From Planctomycetota bacterium (GTDB lineage: Bacteria; Planctomycetota; JAJSAM01; JAJVHW01): DNA of 64,000 nt. The notes beneath the pieces are model-generated. The model had not been told where the DNA came from, ran no database searches, and saw nothing but the letters and a program-made list of their open reading frames with translations. The first letter of the stretch is position 1. Every line of letters begins with the position of its first letter. This document shows positions 38,000 to 47,198 of the stretch, one piece after another. The stretch is from the NCBI GenBank assembly GCA_965248445.1, contig CBDFJG010000003.1, positions 672,001 through 736,000 of the forward strand. Reading direction: 5' to 3'. The translations under genes were made by a program, and so were the position numbers.

Positions 38000-39511
38000 T
38001 CAGTCTCGGCGGAACCGCGAACTGACCGCGCCCAGGAGGGTGGTGACGTCGCTCCGCGTGATTGCCCCGGTGAGCGGCGAGGCGCCGAGGAACACCACCG
38101 AGTAGACCGCGGAACCGGCCACGACCCGCGCGAAGCGTCCCCAGCCGTCGACCCAGTCCATCTGCATCGCGAAGTGCGTCGCGAGCCAGGCGGCTCCCGC
38201 GGTGATCAGGAGGCGGAGCAGGGCGCCCCAGTCGAGGAGCGAGCCGATCCCGACGTCGAGGTGCCGGGCAGCCAGCCACGAGCCGAGTAGCCAGTTGGCG
38301 GCCAGCGTTCCGAGCACCATCGCGGGGGCGGCCCCCGCCCAGCCGACGGTCGGCAGCAGAATCGCGAGCAGCGTCCCCGACAGCAGCAGGTTGGATACCG
38401 CGACCCACGTGGTGGCCTTCGCCGCGCCCGTGTTCTCCATCAGGACCTGCGGCAGGAAGATGCGCACGAGCATCCCGGCGGTGAACCACTGGAAGACGGG
38501 CACCGACTCGGCGAACTTCTCGGGGTAGATCAGGAGGAACAGGTCTTCGGCGACCGCTTCGACCGCCCCCACGATCGGCACCGTCAGCACCGCGATCATG
38601 CGGCACGTACGCCGCCACATGCCCAGGAGCGTCTCGCGACGGCCGCCCGCGTGCAGCACCGAGATCTCGGGGGCGGACAGCGACAGCATCGTGAACGCGA
38701 GGGCCCCGACCACCGGCGGCTCCATCGCGCCGCGCAGGTAGCTGCTCTTCGCGGCCTCGCCGAACAGGAGCGGGACTGCGAAGCCGTCCATACGGATCGC
38801 GAGCAAGCTGATGGCTGACGCCGCCATCACCGGGAGGGCGAAGCCGGCCAGATCGCGCAACGACGGCGAGGCGGACGCGGATCCGGACGGCGCAATGGGC
38901 AGCAGCATGCCGCCCGCGACGACGATCGCCTGAACCGTCGTTGCCGCGAGGAGGCCGCGCAGGCACCACACCAGCCTCTCGCTCTCGGGAGCGAACGCCA
39001 GCGCGCCGCCGATCGCGGTGAACATGACGAACGCCACGGCGACGATCACGTATCCCCATCCGCGCCGCACACCGCGAGCGAGCAACACCTGTTCGCCGAT
39101 CGCGTAGGGGAACGACACACCGATGATCGTGGCGATCAGCGCTCGGTGCTCGAGCAGCCGGACGTCGTCCGGATCCAACGATGCCAGCACGGAGGGGACG
39201 AGCGCGATCAACGCGAACGCGAGCAGGCCGGTTCCGAGGATCACCCCTGCGACGCTGCGCATAAGCCACGTCGGCCGCTCCGTCCGCGGCAGGAAGTAGA
39301 CGACGAGCTTCCCGAGCGGCGCAGCCAGAAGCACCGGCACGACGGACGAGAGGAACGTGACGTGCATGTACGTCCCGTAGACTTCGTGCGTCAGGATGCG
39401 CGAGAGCGGCATCGAGAGCAGGAAGACGACGGCCATCTGCACCGTGCGCGCCGCCGTGATGAAGGCGGCTGCCGACGCCAGGCTGGTCCGCTCTTCCCGC
39501 TTGCCGCTCAT
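38000..39511 (-). CDS. Wzx-type oligosaccharide flippase
   Basis: Many TM helices; SRILTHEVYGTY, FALPV, IRMDGF; located in glycan cluster. Confidence 0.82.
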   Translation of the reverse strand: MSGKREERTSLASAAAFITAARTVQMAVVFLLSMPLSRILTHEVYGTYMHVTFLSSVVPVLLAAPLGKLVVYFLPRTERPTWLMRSVAGVILGTGLLAFALIALVPSVLASLDPDDVRLLEHRALIATIIGVSFPYAIGEQVLLARGVRRGWGYVIVAVAFVMFTAIGGALAFAPESERLVWCLRGLLAATTVQAIVVAGGMLLPIAPSGSASASPSLRDLAGFALPVMAASAISLLAIRMDGFAVPLLFGEAAKSSYLRGAMEPPVVGALAFTMLSLSAPEISVLHAGGRRETLLGMWRRTCRMIAVLTVPIVGAVEAVAEDLFLLIYPEKFAESVPVFQWFTAGMLVRIFLPQVLMENTGAAKATTWVAVSNLLLSGTLLAILLPTVGWAGAAPAMVLGTLAANWLLGSWLAARHLDVGIGSLLDWGALLRLLITAGAAWLATHFAMQMDWVDGWGRFARVVAGSAVYSVVFLGASPLTGAITRSDVTTLLGAVSSRFRRD

Positions 39512-39566
39512 TCCGAGTTCATCGACCTAACCCGCATCGGGCAATGAACCCTGTAGCTATGTGTCG

Positions 39567-40598
39567 CTACTCGGTGGGGACCAGCGGTTCGGGCTGGGCT
39601 GCGTCGGTCCCCACAGCGTCGAGGAAGGCAGCCACCAGGCTCCGGCTGGCCGCAGCGATGGCCTCGGGACCCTCGGCCACGACCTGCCCGCCGGCCATGG
39701 AGGGGTGCCCTCCGCCTGATCCGCGACCGCCGGCCATGAGCTGCTCCATGACCGCGCCCGCGTCGGCTTCCTCGTCACGAGTGCGGAACGAGACGTAGAG
39801 CGTCCCCTTGTGATCGCCGGTGATGCAGGTCCATTTCGCGCAGTCCGCGCGCAGCAGGTAGTCGGCCATCTCCGGGACCATCTCGGGGACGCGCACGGTG
39901 CCGAGTTCCGACGTGATGATGTCGCCCACGAGTTGCGCGCCGTCGACCGCGTGCTTCACGTCCTGGAAGTAGCCCCGCGGGACGCACTCATCCTCGATGC
40001 GTGCGAGGCACTTGCGGTCGATGAGCTTCTCGAGTTCGCGGTACACGGCGACATCGGTCAACGTCGTGTCGCGCACGAGGTCGCGCGTCTCGCTCTTGAT
40101 TCCGTAGAACAGCGCCGTGGCGAGATCGGTGGGTATGGGGATCGCCTTCGCGAGAAGCATCTCCCCCACCAGCGTCGACGTTGCCCCGTAGCCCGGTTCG
40201 ATGATCGCCACCTCGGCCCCGGCGGAGGCCTCTCTGGCCGGGTGGTGGTCAATCACGACGGTCGGCACAAAGCCCGGCGGGAACGATGTGTAGTTCGTGC
40301 CCGGCTGCGTGTCGCACACGGCAGTGAAGTCGTAGTCGTCGTAATCGATGAGCGGTGCCGGCATGAGGGGCACACCCAGTTCGCGCACCATCGCCCGATT
40401 CTCGGAGCGTCCGATGATGCCCCCGAACGCGATGACGGCGTCGTGCCCGGTGTAGCGCTGCACCAGGTGCCGCACCGCAAGGGCGCAGGCGATGGAGTCC
40501 GGGTCCGGGTTGTTGTGGGTCTGGACGAGGAAGCGCTTGCGGCCCTCGAAGGCCGCCACGATCCGATCCAGCCGTTTCGCCGGCTCCTCGACGTCCAT
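39567..40598 (-). CDS. DHH/DHHA1 phosphoesterase (NrnA-like)
   Basis: HNNPDPDSIA, CDT, IDHH, GATST, YGIKSET, SFRT, GGGHPSMAGG. Confidence 0.92.
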   Translation of the reverse strand: MDVEEPAKRLDRIVAAFEGRKRFLVQTHNNPDPDSIACALAVRHLVQRYTGHDAVIAFGGIIGRSENRAMVRELGVPLMPAPLIDYDDYDFTAVCDTQPGTNYTSFPPGFVPTVVIDHHPAREASAGAEVAIIEPGYGATSTLVGEMLLAKAIPIPTDLATALFYGIKSETRDLVRDTTLTDVAVYRELEKLIDRKCLARIEDECVPRGYFQDVKHAVDGAQLVGDIITSELGTVRVPEMVPEMADYLLRADCAKWTCITGDHKGTLYVSFRTRDEEADAGAVMEQLMAGGRGSGGGHPSMAGGQVVAEGPEAIAAASRSLVAAFLDAVGTDAAQPEPLVPTE

Positions 40599-40981
40599 CA
40601 GGCGTCCCCGGTCGGTCGCTCCGTGCCGGACGCCTGCTTGTAGCCGAGCGCCTTGACGATGTGCAGGACCTCGCTCCAGGTCGGGAACGGGCGGCTGTGC
40701 TTCGTCTTGTACGCGTTGATCGCGTTGACGAACTCGAGCTCGTCGGGTGCCAGGGGGTACTCATTGATCCGGCGCTCGGTGCCGCGGTAGAGGGGCGCGA
40801 CCGTCGTCCGCTTGCGGCGGTCCGAGGACCTCCGGTCTCCCGCCCGGCGCTCCACGCCTGCCGGCGGCTTGGTGCCCGCCCTCCGGTCCGTGCCGTCGCG
40901 GCGCGATCCCTTGCGGCGGTCCCGCGGGTCCGGAATCGCAGATGCCTGCTCGTCTTGCAGCTGCTCGTCGGTCTCGTCCAT
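40598..40981 (-). CDS. Planctomycete-type Arg-rich (DRR/ERR repeat) protein
   Basis: Tandem DRR/ERR motifs, YRGTERR, C-terminal ELEFVNAINAYK...RPFPTWSEVL...LGY; TGATG coupling to the DHH gene. Confidence 0.8.
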   Translation of the reverse strand: MDETDEQLQDEQASAIPDPRDRRKGSRRDGTDRRAGTKPPAGVERRAGDRRSSDRRKRTTVAPLYRGTERRINEYPLAPDELEFVNAINAYKTKHSRPFPTWSEVLHIVKALGYKQASGTERPTGDA

Positions 40982-41063
40982 CACGCTCGAAGCTATCACG
41001 ACCTGAGGTCACTGTCCCTCCCTCCGGGCGCCGACTTCACCAACACGCTGCTAGGCTGGAGGC

Positions 41064-42086
41064 GTGCCCGACGAAGACTCCCCCACCAGCCCCCTCGGAC
41101 GCGTCCTCAGGTTCTGGTCGCTGGTCCTTCGGGGCCCGGGACCTGGAGAGCGAGCCGGCCTGTACCGGAGTCTCGCCACGTTGCTGGACGCCGGATTCGG
41201 AGCGCGGGAGGCGACGGACCGCGTCAACTCGGGCGGCGCAGTGATGACGGCGCTGCGCGCCGCTGCGGCGGAGGGGCGGCGGCTCGCAGACGGTCTCGCC
41301 GACAGCGGTGACCGTGTGACCCCGGTCGAGGTCGCGCTGGTGGCGGCGGGCGAGCGGGGCGGCCAGGTCGTCCACGAACTGCGTCGCCTCGCGGATCGAA
41401 TGGACGTGGCGGTCGCAGCGCGGCGTCGGCTCTACGCCGCGCTGGCCTATCCGGTACTCGTCCTTCACGTAGCGCTTCTCCTGCCCACGATTCCGCTGGT
41501 CGGCATGTCCCAGGGCATGGGCGCCTGGTTGCGCACCGTCGTGCTCGGGCTGCTCGTGATCTGGGGCGTTCCGTTCCTGGCCGTGTCGTTCTACGCGGCG
41601 TTCCGAGACGATCCGGGCTGGTCCCGCTGGTTCTGCCGTATTCCCGCCGCGGGCCGTGCCATCCACACGTCGGCCGTGGCCCGCTTCGCGTGGACCTTCG
41701 CCTCGCTACACGACGCCGGCATCCTGCACGACGAGGCGGTGGCGATGTCCGGCCGCGCAGCGGGACTCGGATGGATGCGTCAGGAACTCGAGCAAGCGCC
41801 CGCGCGGCTCGCGGCCGGTGAGCCCATGCCTGCGGTGCTTGCGACGGTGCGGTCGCTGCCGGCGGACGTTCGCGACTTCATCTCGACGGGCGACGCGACG
41901 GGCACGTTGACCGAATCGATGACGCGCGCTGGGACCCTGTACGACGAACTGGCCGGCCGCGCCGCGACGGCAGCAGCCGTCGCCGGCGGAGCCGTGACGT
42001 ACATCCTGGCGGTGCTGGCCGTCGTCGGCATGGCGTTCGGCGTTTTCGCCAAGGTCTACGGACCGGTGTTCGAGATGCTCGACTGA
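41064..42086 (+). CDS. Type II secretion F / PilC-family platform protein
   Basis: LATLLDAG, LVAAGERGG, ALAYP, RIP..G, TGDATGTL; three TMs. Confidence 0.85.
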   Translation: MPDEDSPTSPLGRVLRFWSLVLRGPGPGERAGLYRSLATLLDAGFGAREATDRVNSGGAVMTALRAAAAEGRRLADGLADSGDRVTPVEVALVAAGERGGQVVHELRRLADRMDVAVAARRRLYAALAYPVLVLHVALLLPTIPLVGMSQGMGAWLRTVVLGLLVIWGVPFLAVSFYAAFRDDPGWSRWFCRIPAAGRAIHTSAVARFAWTFASLHDAGILHDEAVAMSGRAAGLGWMRQELEQAPARLAAGEPMPAVLATVRSLPADVRDFISTGDATGTLTESMTRAGTLYDELAGRAATAAAVAGGAVTYILAVLAVVGMAFGVFAKVYGPVFEMLD

Positions 42087-42092
42087 CGCGGG

Positions 42093-43145
42093 TTACGCGC
42101 GGGCGATCGCCAGTTCGACCAGGACCTCGCACAGTTCTGCGAACGACATCCCCGCGTTGAGCGCGGATTTCGGGCTCAGGGACTCGGGGGTCATGCCGGG
42201 GATCGTGTTGGTCTCGAGAAACCACGGCACGCCGTCGTCGTCGCAGATGAAGTCGCTGCGCGACAGGCCGTCGCAACGCAGCACCCGATGCGCCGTGACC
42301 GACGCCGCCTGCACGCGCTCGCGGACGTCGTCCGGAATACGCGCCGGACAGATTTCGTCGCTGGCACCCTCGTACTTGGCCTCGAAGTCGAAGAACTCCC
42401 TCCCCCGCGGCACGATCTCAACGACGGGAAGGGCGCGCAGAGTGCCGCCGCTGTTGCCGAGGACGGGACACGAGACCTCGGTCCCCACGATGCGCTGCTC
42501 GATGAGCGCACGCCCGAATCCGTCCCTCGACGCGCCGTCCCCCAGCGCAATCTGCACGGCCGCGGGAAGGTCCACGGCCCGATCCACGAGCGTGATGCCG
42601 AACGAGGACCCGTCCTGGGCGGGCTTGACGACCCACGGACCGGTCACGCCCAGTTCTGTCAGACCGGGCGGCTCTACCAGGCCGGGGTCGGTCAGGTCGG
42701 TCAGCTCGTCGCCTCGCCCGACGCTTCGCCAGGCGGGCGTGCGGATGCCGTGGTGGCAGAGCACCTCTTTCGTGCGTTCCTTGTCCATCGCGAGCGCGCT
42801 GGCAGCGACACCCGAACCCGTGTACGGGATGCCCGCCGTCTCGAGGACACCCTGAACGGTGCCGTCCTCACCCCACGGGCCGTGCAGCGCCACGAAGACG
42901 GCGTCGACGTGGCCGCCGTGCTCGGCCACGCGGCGCAGGCCGGTCTCCGGCGCCTCGCCGGACGTGAGCAGCGGCGCCGCACCTCCGGGAAGGAGCCACC
43001 GGCCGTCCTGCTCGATCGTCACGGGCAGCACGTCGAGCCCCCGAGTTCCGAGTGCTTGCGACACGGCGGCGCCGCTCTTTCGCGAGATGCCGTGTTCGCG
43101 CGACGGCCCGCCCATCAGCACGGCGACGCGGCGCGGGACCTTCAT
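42093..43145 (-). CDS. ddl: D-alanine--D-alanine ligase
   Basis: GGPSREHGIS, ALHGPWGEDG, YTGSG..ASALAMDK, FFDFEAKY, ETNTIPGMT. Confidence 0.95.
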   Translation of the reverse strand: MKVPRRVAVLMGGPSREHGISRKSGAAVSQALGTRGLDVLPVTIEQDGRWLLPGGAAPLLTSGEAPETGLRRVAEHGGHVDAVFVALHGPWGEDGTVQGVLETAGIPYTGSGVAASALAMDKERTKEVLCHHGIRTPAWRSVGRGDELTDLTDPGLVEPPGLTELGVTGPWVVKPAQDGSSFGITLVDRAVDLPAAVQIALGDGASRDGFGRALIEQRIVGTEVSCPVLGNSGGTLRALPVVEIVPRGREFFDFEAKYEGASDEICPARIPDDVRERVQAASVTAHRVLRCDGLSRSDFICDDDGVPWFLETNTIPGMTPESLSPKSALNAGMSFAELCEVLVELAIARA

Positions 43146-44494
43146 GCGCGAGCGGGCAGCCCGTGCAGTGCGCGGAACGCGCGCTCGTCGGGAGCCTCGA
43201 GAGGATTGACCTCGGTCAGCCCTGTCGGCACCGGGAGCTCGGCGCGCGCGTACCAGCCGCGGAATGCCCGTACCAGCGCTTGACGGGCGGTCTCCGGGCT
43301 GTCCGCGCCCGCGGCGTTCTTGATGGGCGCGAACTCGGCGGCGCGATCGGTCTCGACGACCAACGCGCGGTCCGTGAACTGAAGCGCGTCGAACAGGAAC
43401 GTCTCGAGCTTCCAGGCGTTCGGTTGATCCGGCGTCACGGCACGACCTTCATCGTCCACGTACGGGACGATCTTCCGGGCCCGGTGGAGCGGCAGCCCGC
43501 GGCCTGCGATTTCGCGCGCGAATCCGAGATCGATCGCGTGGGCGGCGATGCTCCCCTGGCCGAAAACCAGCCGGTCGCCGTCGCGGCGCTGGGCGTCCTC
43601 CGCCGACAGCTCGCTGTACTCGACCACTTCGACGCGTCCGCCCCGGCGTGCGAACACACCGACGCGCTCCTCCGGCTGCGTTTTGGCGACGCTCTTGCTC
43701 GAGAGATGGCTGCGGCTGCTCGCATGGAGCCCGAGAAAGACCGGGTCGACCGGCTGCACGAGCGGATTGTCGACCTGTACGTAGCTGAGAGTCGTGACGC
43801 CGTGGTCGTCGAGCAGGTCGAGCAACTTCGCGTCCCGGAGTGCGCGGTACACGCCGCCGTGCCCGTTCGGAGCGGTGGCTATCCGGTCCTTCGCGGCGAG
43901 GAGCAGCTTCCCGTCATCGTCCACGCAGGGCAGCGTGCCCTGTACGGCAGTGCGCACCCACGTGGGGTCAAGTCCGAACCCGCCGTGCCAGTGCAGGAGA
44001 CGCTCGGTCTGCGCCGCCGTCGCATCCGACACCATGATGATGACGGGGATGCGGCGGCCGATGCGGCGCGTCCAGTGCGTCACCTTCTCCGAGATCCACT
44101 GCAGCAGGGGTTTCCCGGAAGTCGGCCCGCACGGCCACAGTCCCTTCGGTGCCTCGCTGCCAAGACGCGTGCCCTGCCCGCCTGCTGCGATCACCACGGC
44201 GACGCGCCCTTCGTTCAGCAGTTCGATCCCGTGTTCGTGAGCCTCGCGTCGCGCGGTCCGGCCCTCGTCATCGGACGGCAGGGCAGAGAGCGCGTCGCCC
44301 AGCGGCTCGAGCGCGCCGGTCGCTGTCGGCGTCTCCGGTGTCGCGAGGCAGGACAGATCCAGTGCACCGGCCTGAGCGACCAGTCCTCGCAGCGCGCCCT
44401 CGCCGATCTCGCCGCCGTACCGGAAGGCGTGCGACTGGCCGGCCTTCTCGAGGCGCTCGAGCACGTCGTTCCTCTGCAGGTTCCACTGCGTCAC
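43142..44494 (-). CDS. Eukaryote-type UDP-N-acetylglucosamine pyrophosphorylase (UAP/UDPGP family)
   Basis: AGGQGTRLG..PKG, PNGHGG, YVQVDN, VVEYSE, KLETFLFD, EFAPIKN; GTG 44494 has SD GGGAGG. Confidence 0.88.
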   Translation of the reverse strand: MTQWNLQRNDVLERLEKAGQSHAFRYGGEIGEGALRGLVAQAGALDLSCLATPETPTATGALEPLGDALSALPSDDEGRTARREAHEHGIELLNEGRVAVVIAAGGQGTRLGSEAPKGLWPCGPTSGKPLLQWISEKVTHWTRRIGRRIPVIIMVSDATAAQTERLLHWHGGFGLDPTWVRTAVQGTLPCVDDDGKLLLAAKDRIATAPNGHGGVYRALRDAKLLDLLDDHGVTTLSYVQVDNPLVQPVDPVFLGLHASSRSHLSSKSVAKTQPEERVGVFARRGGRVEVVEYSELSAEDAQRRDGDRLVFGQGSIAAHAIDLGFAREIAGRGLPLHRARKIVPYVDDEGRAVTPDQPNAWKLETFLFDALQFTDRALVVETDRAAEFAPIKNAAGADSPETARQALVRAFRGWYARAELPVPTGLTEVNPLEAPDERAFRALHGLPARA

Positions 44495-44544
44495 CGCGAC
44501 CTCCCGAAAGCCCCGCTGCTCTGACTTGCGACGGGCCTGCGAAT

Positions 44545-44607
44545 CTACCATCCGACGATCTACGACCCGCTCTGGCTACGACCCACTCTGGCTACCACCC
44601 GCTCCGA
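44545..44607. repeat. 16-bp tandem repeat, 3 units plus 1 degenerate
   Basis: CTACGACCCGCTCTGG / CTACGACCCACTCTGG / CTACCACCCGCTCCGA at 44560-44607. Confidence 0.85.
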
Positions 44608-44620
44608 GGCTGCTGTGCGC

Positions 44621-45856
44621 TCAGACGGCCGAGACGAGCAGCACGGCGTTGTGGCCGCCGAAGCCGAGGGAGTTGGACAGCGCATGGCGGACGTGCCGCT
44701 CGCGGGCGCCCTCGGTCACGTAGTCGAGGTCGCACTCCGGATCGGGTGTCTCGAGGTTGATCGTCGCGTGCACGCGGCCGTCCCGGATGGTCTGGGCGGT
44801 CACCACGAGTTCGACGGCGCCGGCGCCGCCCAGGAGGTGTCCCAGCATCGACTTCGTGGACGAGACCCACAGGCGGTCGGCGTGCTCGCCGAAGACCTCG
44901 CGGAGCGCGGCGGTCTCCAGGGGATCGTTCACCGGCGTCGAAGTCCCGTGCGCGTTGATGTAGTCGACCTCGGAGGAATCCACGCGCGCGTCGTCGAGCG
45001 CCATCCGCATCGCGGCCACTGCACCGCGTCCGCCCGGGGCCGGCGCCGTGATGTGGAACGCGTCCGCCGTCATCCCGAAGCCGGTGACCTCCGCGTAGAT
45101 CGTGGCGTCGCGACGCCTCGCGTGCTCGTACTCCTCGAACACGAGAGCCCCCGACCCCTCGCCCATGACGAACCCGTCGCGGTCCTTGTCGAACGGGCGG
45201 CTCGCACCCGCGGGATCGTCGTTGCGCGTGGACATGGCCCGCAGCGAGCAGAACCCGGCGATACCGAGGGGCGTGATGGTCGCCTCGGTGCCGCCGGTCA
45301 CCATGATGTCGGCGTCGCCGTGGCGCACCGAACGGAACGCGAGTCCCATCGCGTGGTTGGACGAAGCGCAGGCCGAGGCGGTCACGAAGTTCGGGCCCTG
45401 CAATCCGTGGCGCATCGAGATGCGGCCGGAGATCGCATTCATCATGATCTTCGGGATGAAGTGCGGGCTGACGCGGCGTGGGCCGCGCTCGATCAGCAGT
45501 TCCTTCGTGGCCTCGATGTCGGTGAGCCCGCCGATGCCGACGCCGAACGTGCAACCGGCGCGGTAGGACTCGAACCCGCTCTCGGTCAAGCCGGAGTCGC
45601 GCAGCGCCTCGTCGGAGGCGACGATCCCGAACACCGTGAAGGGATCGAGCTTGCGCAGATCCTTCTTCTCGATGACCGAGCTCGCGTCGAAGCCCTTGAC
45701 CTCGGCAGCGATGTGGCACGCGTACTCCGACGCATCGAAGTGAGTGATGGGCGCGACCCCGGACTGCCCCTCGAGTAGGCGCGCCCACACGTCCTCGGCG
45801 TTGTGCCCGAGGGCGTTGATGCTCCCGACTCCGGTGATGACGACGCGTCGACTCAT
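44621..45856 (-). CDS. fabF: Beta-ketoacyl-ACP synthase II
   Basis: RRVVITG, SACASS, RDGFVMGEG, NAHGTST, SSTKSMLGHLLG, SNSLGFGGHN. Confidence 0.96.
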   Translation of the reverse strand: MSRRVVITGVGSINALGHNAEDVWARLLEGQSGVAPITHFDASEYACHIAAEVKGFDASSVIEKKDLRKLDPFTVFGIVASDEALRDSGLTESGFESYRAGCTFGVGIGGLTDIEATKELLIERGPRRVSPHFIPKIMMNAISGRISMRHGLQGPNFVTASACASSNHAMGLAFRSVRHGDADIMVTGGTEATITPLGIAGFCSLRAMSTRNDDPAGASRPFDKDRDGFVMGEGSGALVFEEYEHARRRDATIYAEVTGFGMTADAFHITAPAPGGRGAVAAMRMALDDARVDSSEVDYINAHGTSTPVNDPLETAALREVFGEHADRLWVSSTKSMLGHLLGGAGAVELVVTAQTIRDGRVHATINLETPDPECDLDYVTEGARERHVRHALSNSLGFGGHNAVLLVSAV

Positions 45857-45972
45857 CGGCTGTTTCCTGCGCGCGGCGAACCGGATCGCGGCGCGCGGAG
45901 GCTCTCCTCAACGATGAACATTCGCGCGCGGATCGTCTCCCGTCAGAGACGGAGGAAGGCCGCGCCCCACTG

Positions 45973-46218
45973 TCAGGTGTGGGATTCGATGTACGTGATG
46001 GCGTCGCCGACGGTCTGGATCTTCTCCGCGTCCTCGTCCGGGATGTTGAGGTCGAATTCGTCCTCGAACTCCATCACGAGTTCCACGGTGTCCAGGCTGT
46101 CGGCACCGAGGTCGTTGATGAACGACGTCTCGTCGGTGATCTTGTCGCGGGAAGCGCCCATCTGCTCGCAGACGATGTCGGTCACTTTTTCCCGGATGTT
46201 GTTCTTGTCATCCGCCAC
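45973..46218 (-). CDS. acpP: Acyl carrier protein
   Basis: [17 protein letters not shown] start with SD GGAG. Confidence 0.97.
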   Translation of the reverse strand: MADDKNNIREKVTDIVCEQMGASRDKITDETSFINDLGADSLDTVELVMEFEDEFDLNIPDEDAEKIQTVGDAITYIESHT

Positions 46219-46425
46219 GGGCGAATCTCCTGAGTTAATCACGTTCGAGAAGTGGACGGACCCGCGCCGAAAGGCACCACTCGCCCCACTCGCGTCGCAC
46301 TCGCTCGTCGCTCGCAACGGCGCGGTCAGGCCATGTCCTTGTATCGCCCCTCGCTCTCGGCCGCCGAATTCATTGGGAGGGTCTCCCAGGCTCGAATCGA
46401 CGTGTCGTGACGCGACGTCGCGCAG

Positions 46426-47172
46426 TCAGACCATGCCTCCGTCCACCGCGAGCACCTGACCTGTCACATACGCGGCGCGTTGCGAGAGCAGGAAGGTGAC
46501 CGCGGGCGCGATCTCCGCGGCCGTCGCCGGACGCCCTAGCGGGACTCCGGCGAGCATCGCGATCCGTGCGTTCTCCGGCAGTTCCGACGTCATGTCGGTT
46601 TCGACGAAGCCGGGCGCCACGGCGTTGCAGCGCACGCCCCGTCCACCGAGTTCCTTGGCCACGGACTTCGTGAATCCGATGAGCCCGGCCTTGCTGGCGG
46701 CGTAGTTCGCCTGGCCCGCGTTGCCGGTCAGGCCGACGACGCTCGTGATGTTGACGATCGCCCCACCGCGCGCCTTCGTGAACGTCCGCGTGAGTGCACG
46801 CACGAAGTAGAACGCGCCCTTCAGGTTGACGTCGATGACGCGATCGATGTCCTCGTCCTTCATGCGCATGAGGAGTCCGTCCCGCGTGATGCCCGCGTTG
46901 TTGACGAGTCCGTGGCATGCACCGTGTGCGTCCAGCGCAGACTTGACCGCGGTGCTCACAGATTCCGAGTTGCCTGCGTCTACTGCGTGGCGCGTCACAT
47001 TCGGTGCGCCCAGTTCGCGACATGCAGACTCGGTTCCAGACGTGCCGTCTTCGGACGTTGCGAACAGAGCGAGCGACGCGCCCTGACGCGCGCACTCCTC
47101 GGCGATCGCACGACCGATCCCGCGCGAAGCGCCCGTGACGAACACGGTCTTGCCACCCAGTTCACCCGACAT
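46426..47172 (-). CDS. fabG: 3-oxoacyl-ACP reductase
   Basis: TGASRGIG, NNAGITRD, GNAGQANYAASK. Confidence 0.96.
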   Translation of the reverse strand: MSGELGGKTVFVTGASRGIGRAIAEECARQGASLALFATSEDGTSGTESACRELGAPNVTRHAVDAGNSESVSTAVKSALDAHGACHGLVNNAGITRDGLLMRMKDEDIDRVIDVNLKGAFYFVRALTRTFTKARGGAIVNITSVVGLTGNAGQANYAASKAGLIGFTKSVAKELGGRGVRCNAVAPGFVETDMTSELPENARIAMLAGVPLGRPATAAEIAPAVTFLLSQRAAYVTGQVLAVDGGMV

Positions 47173-47198
47173 CAGGTCCTCCTCCATGCGCCGTGGCG

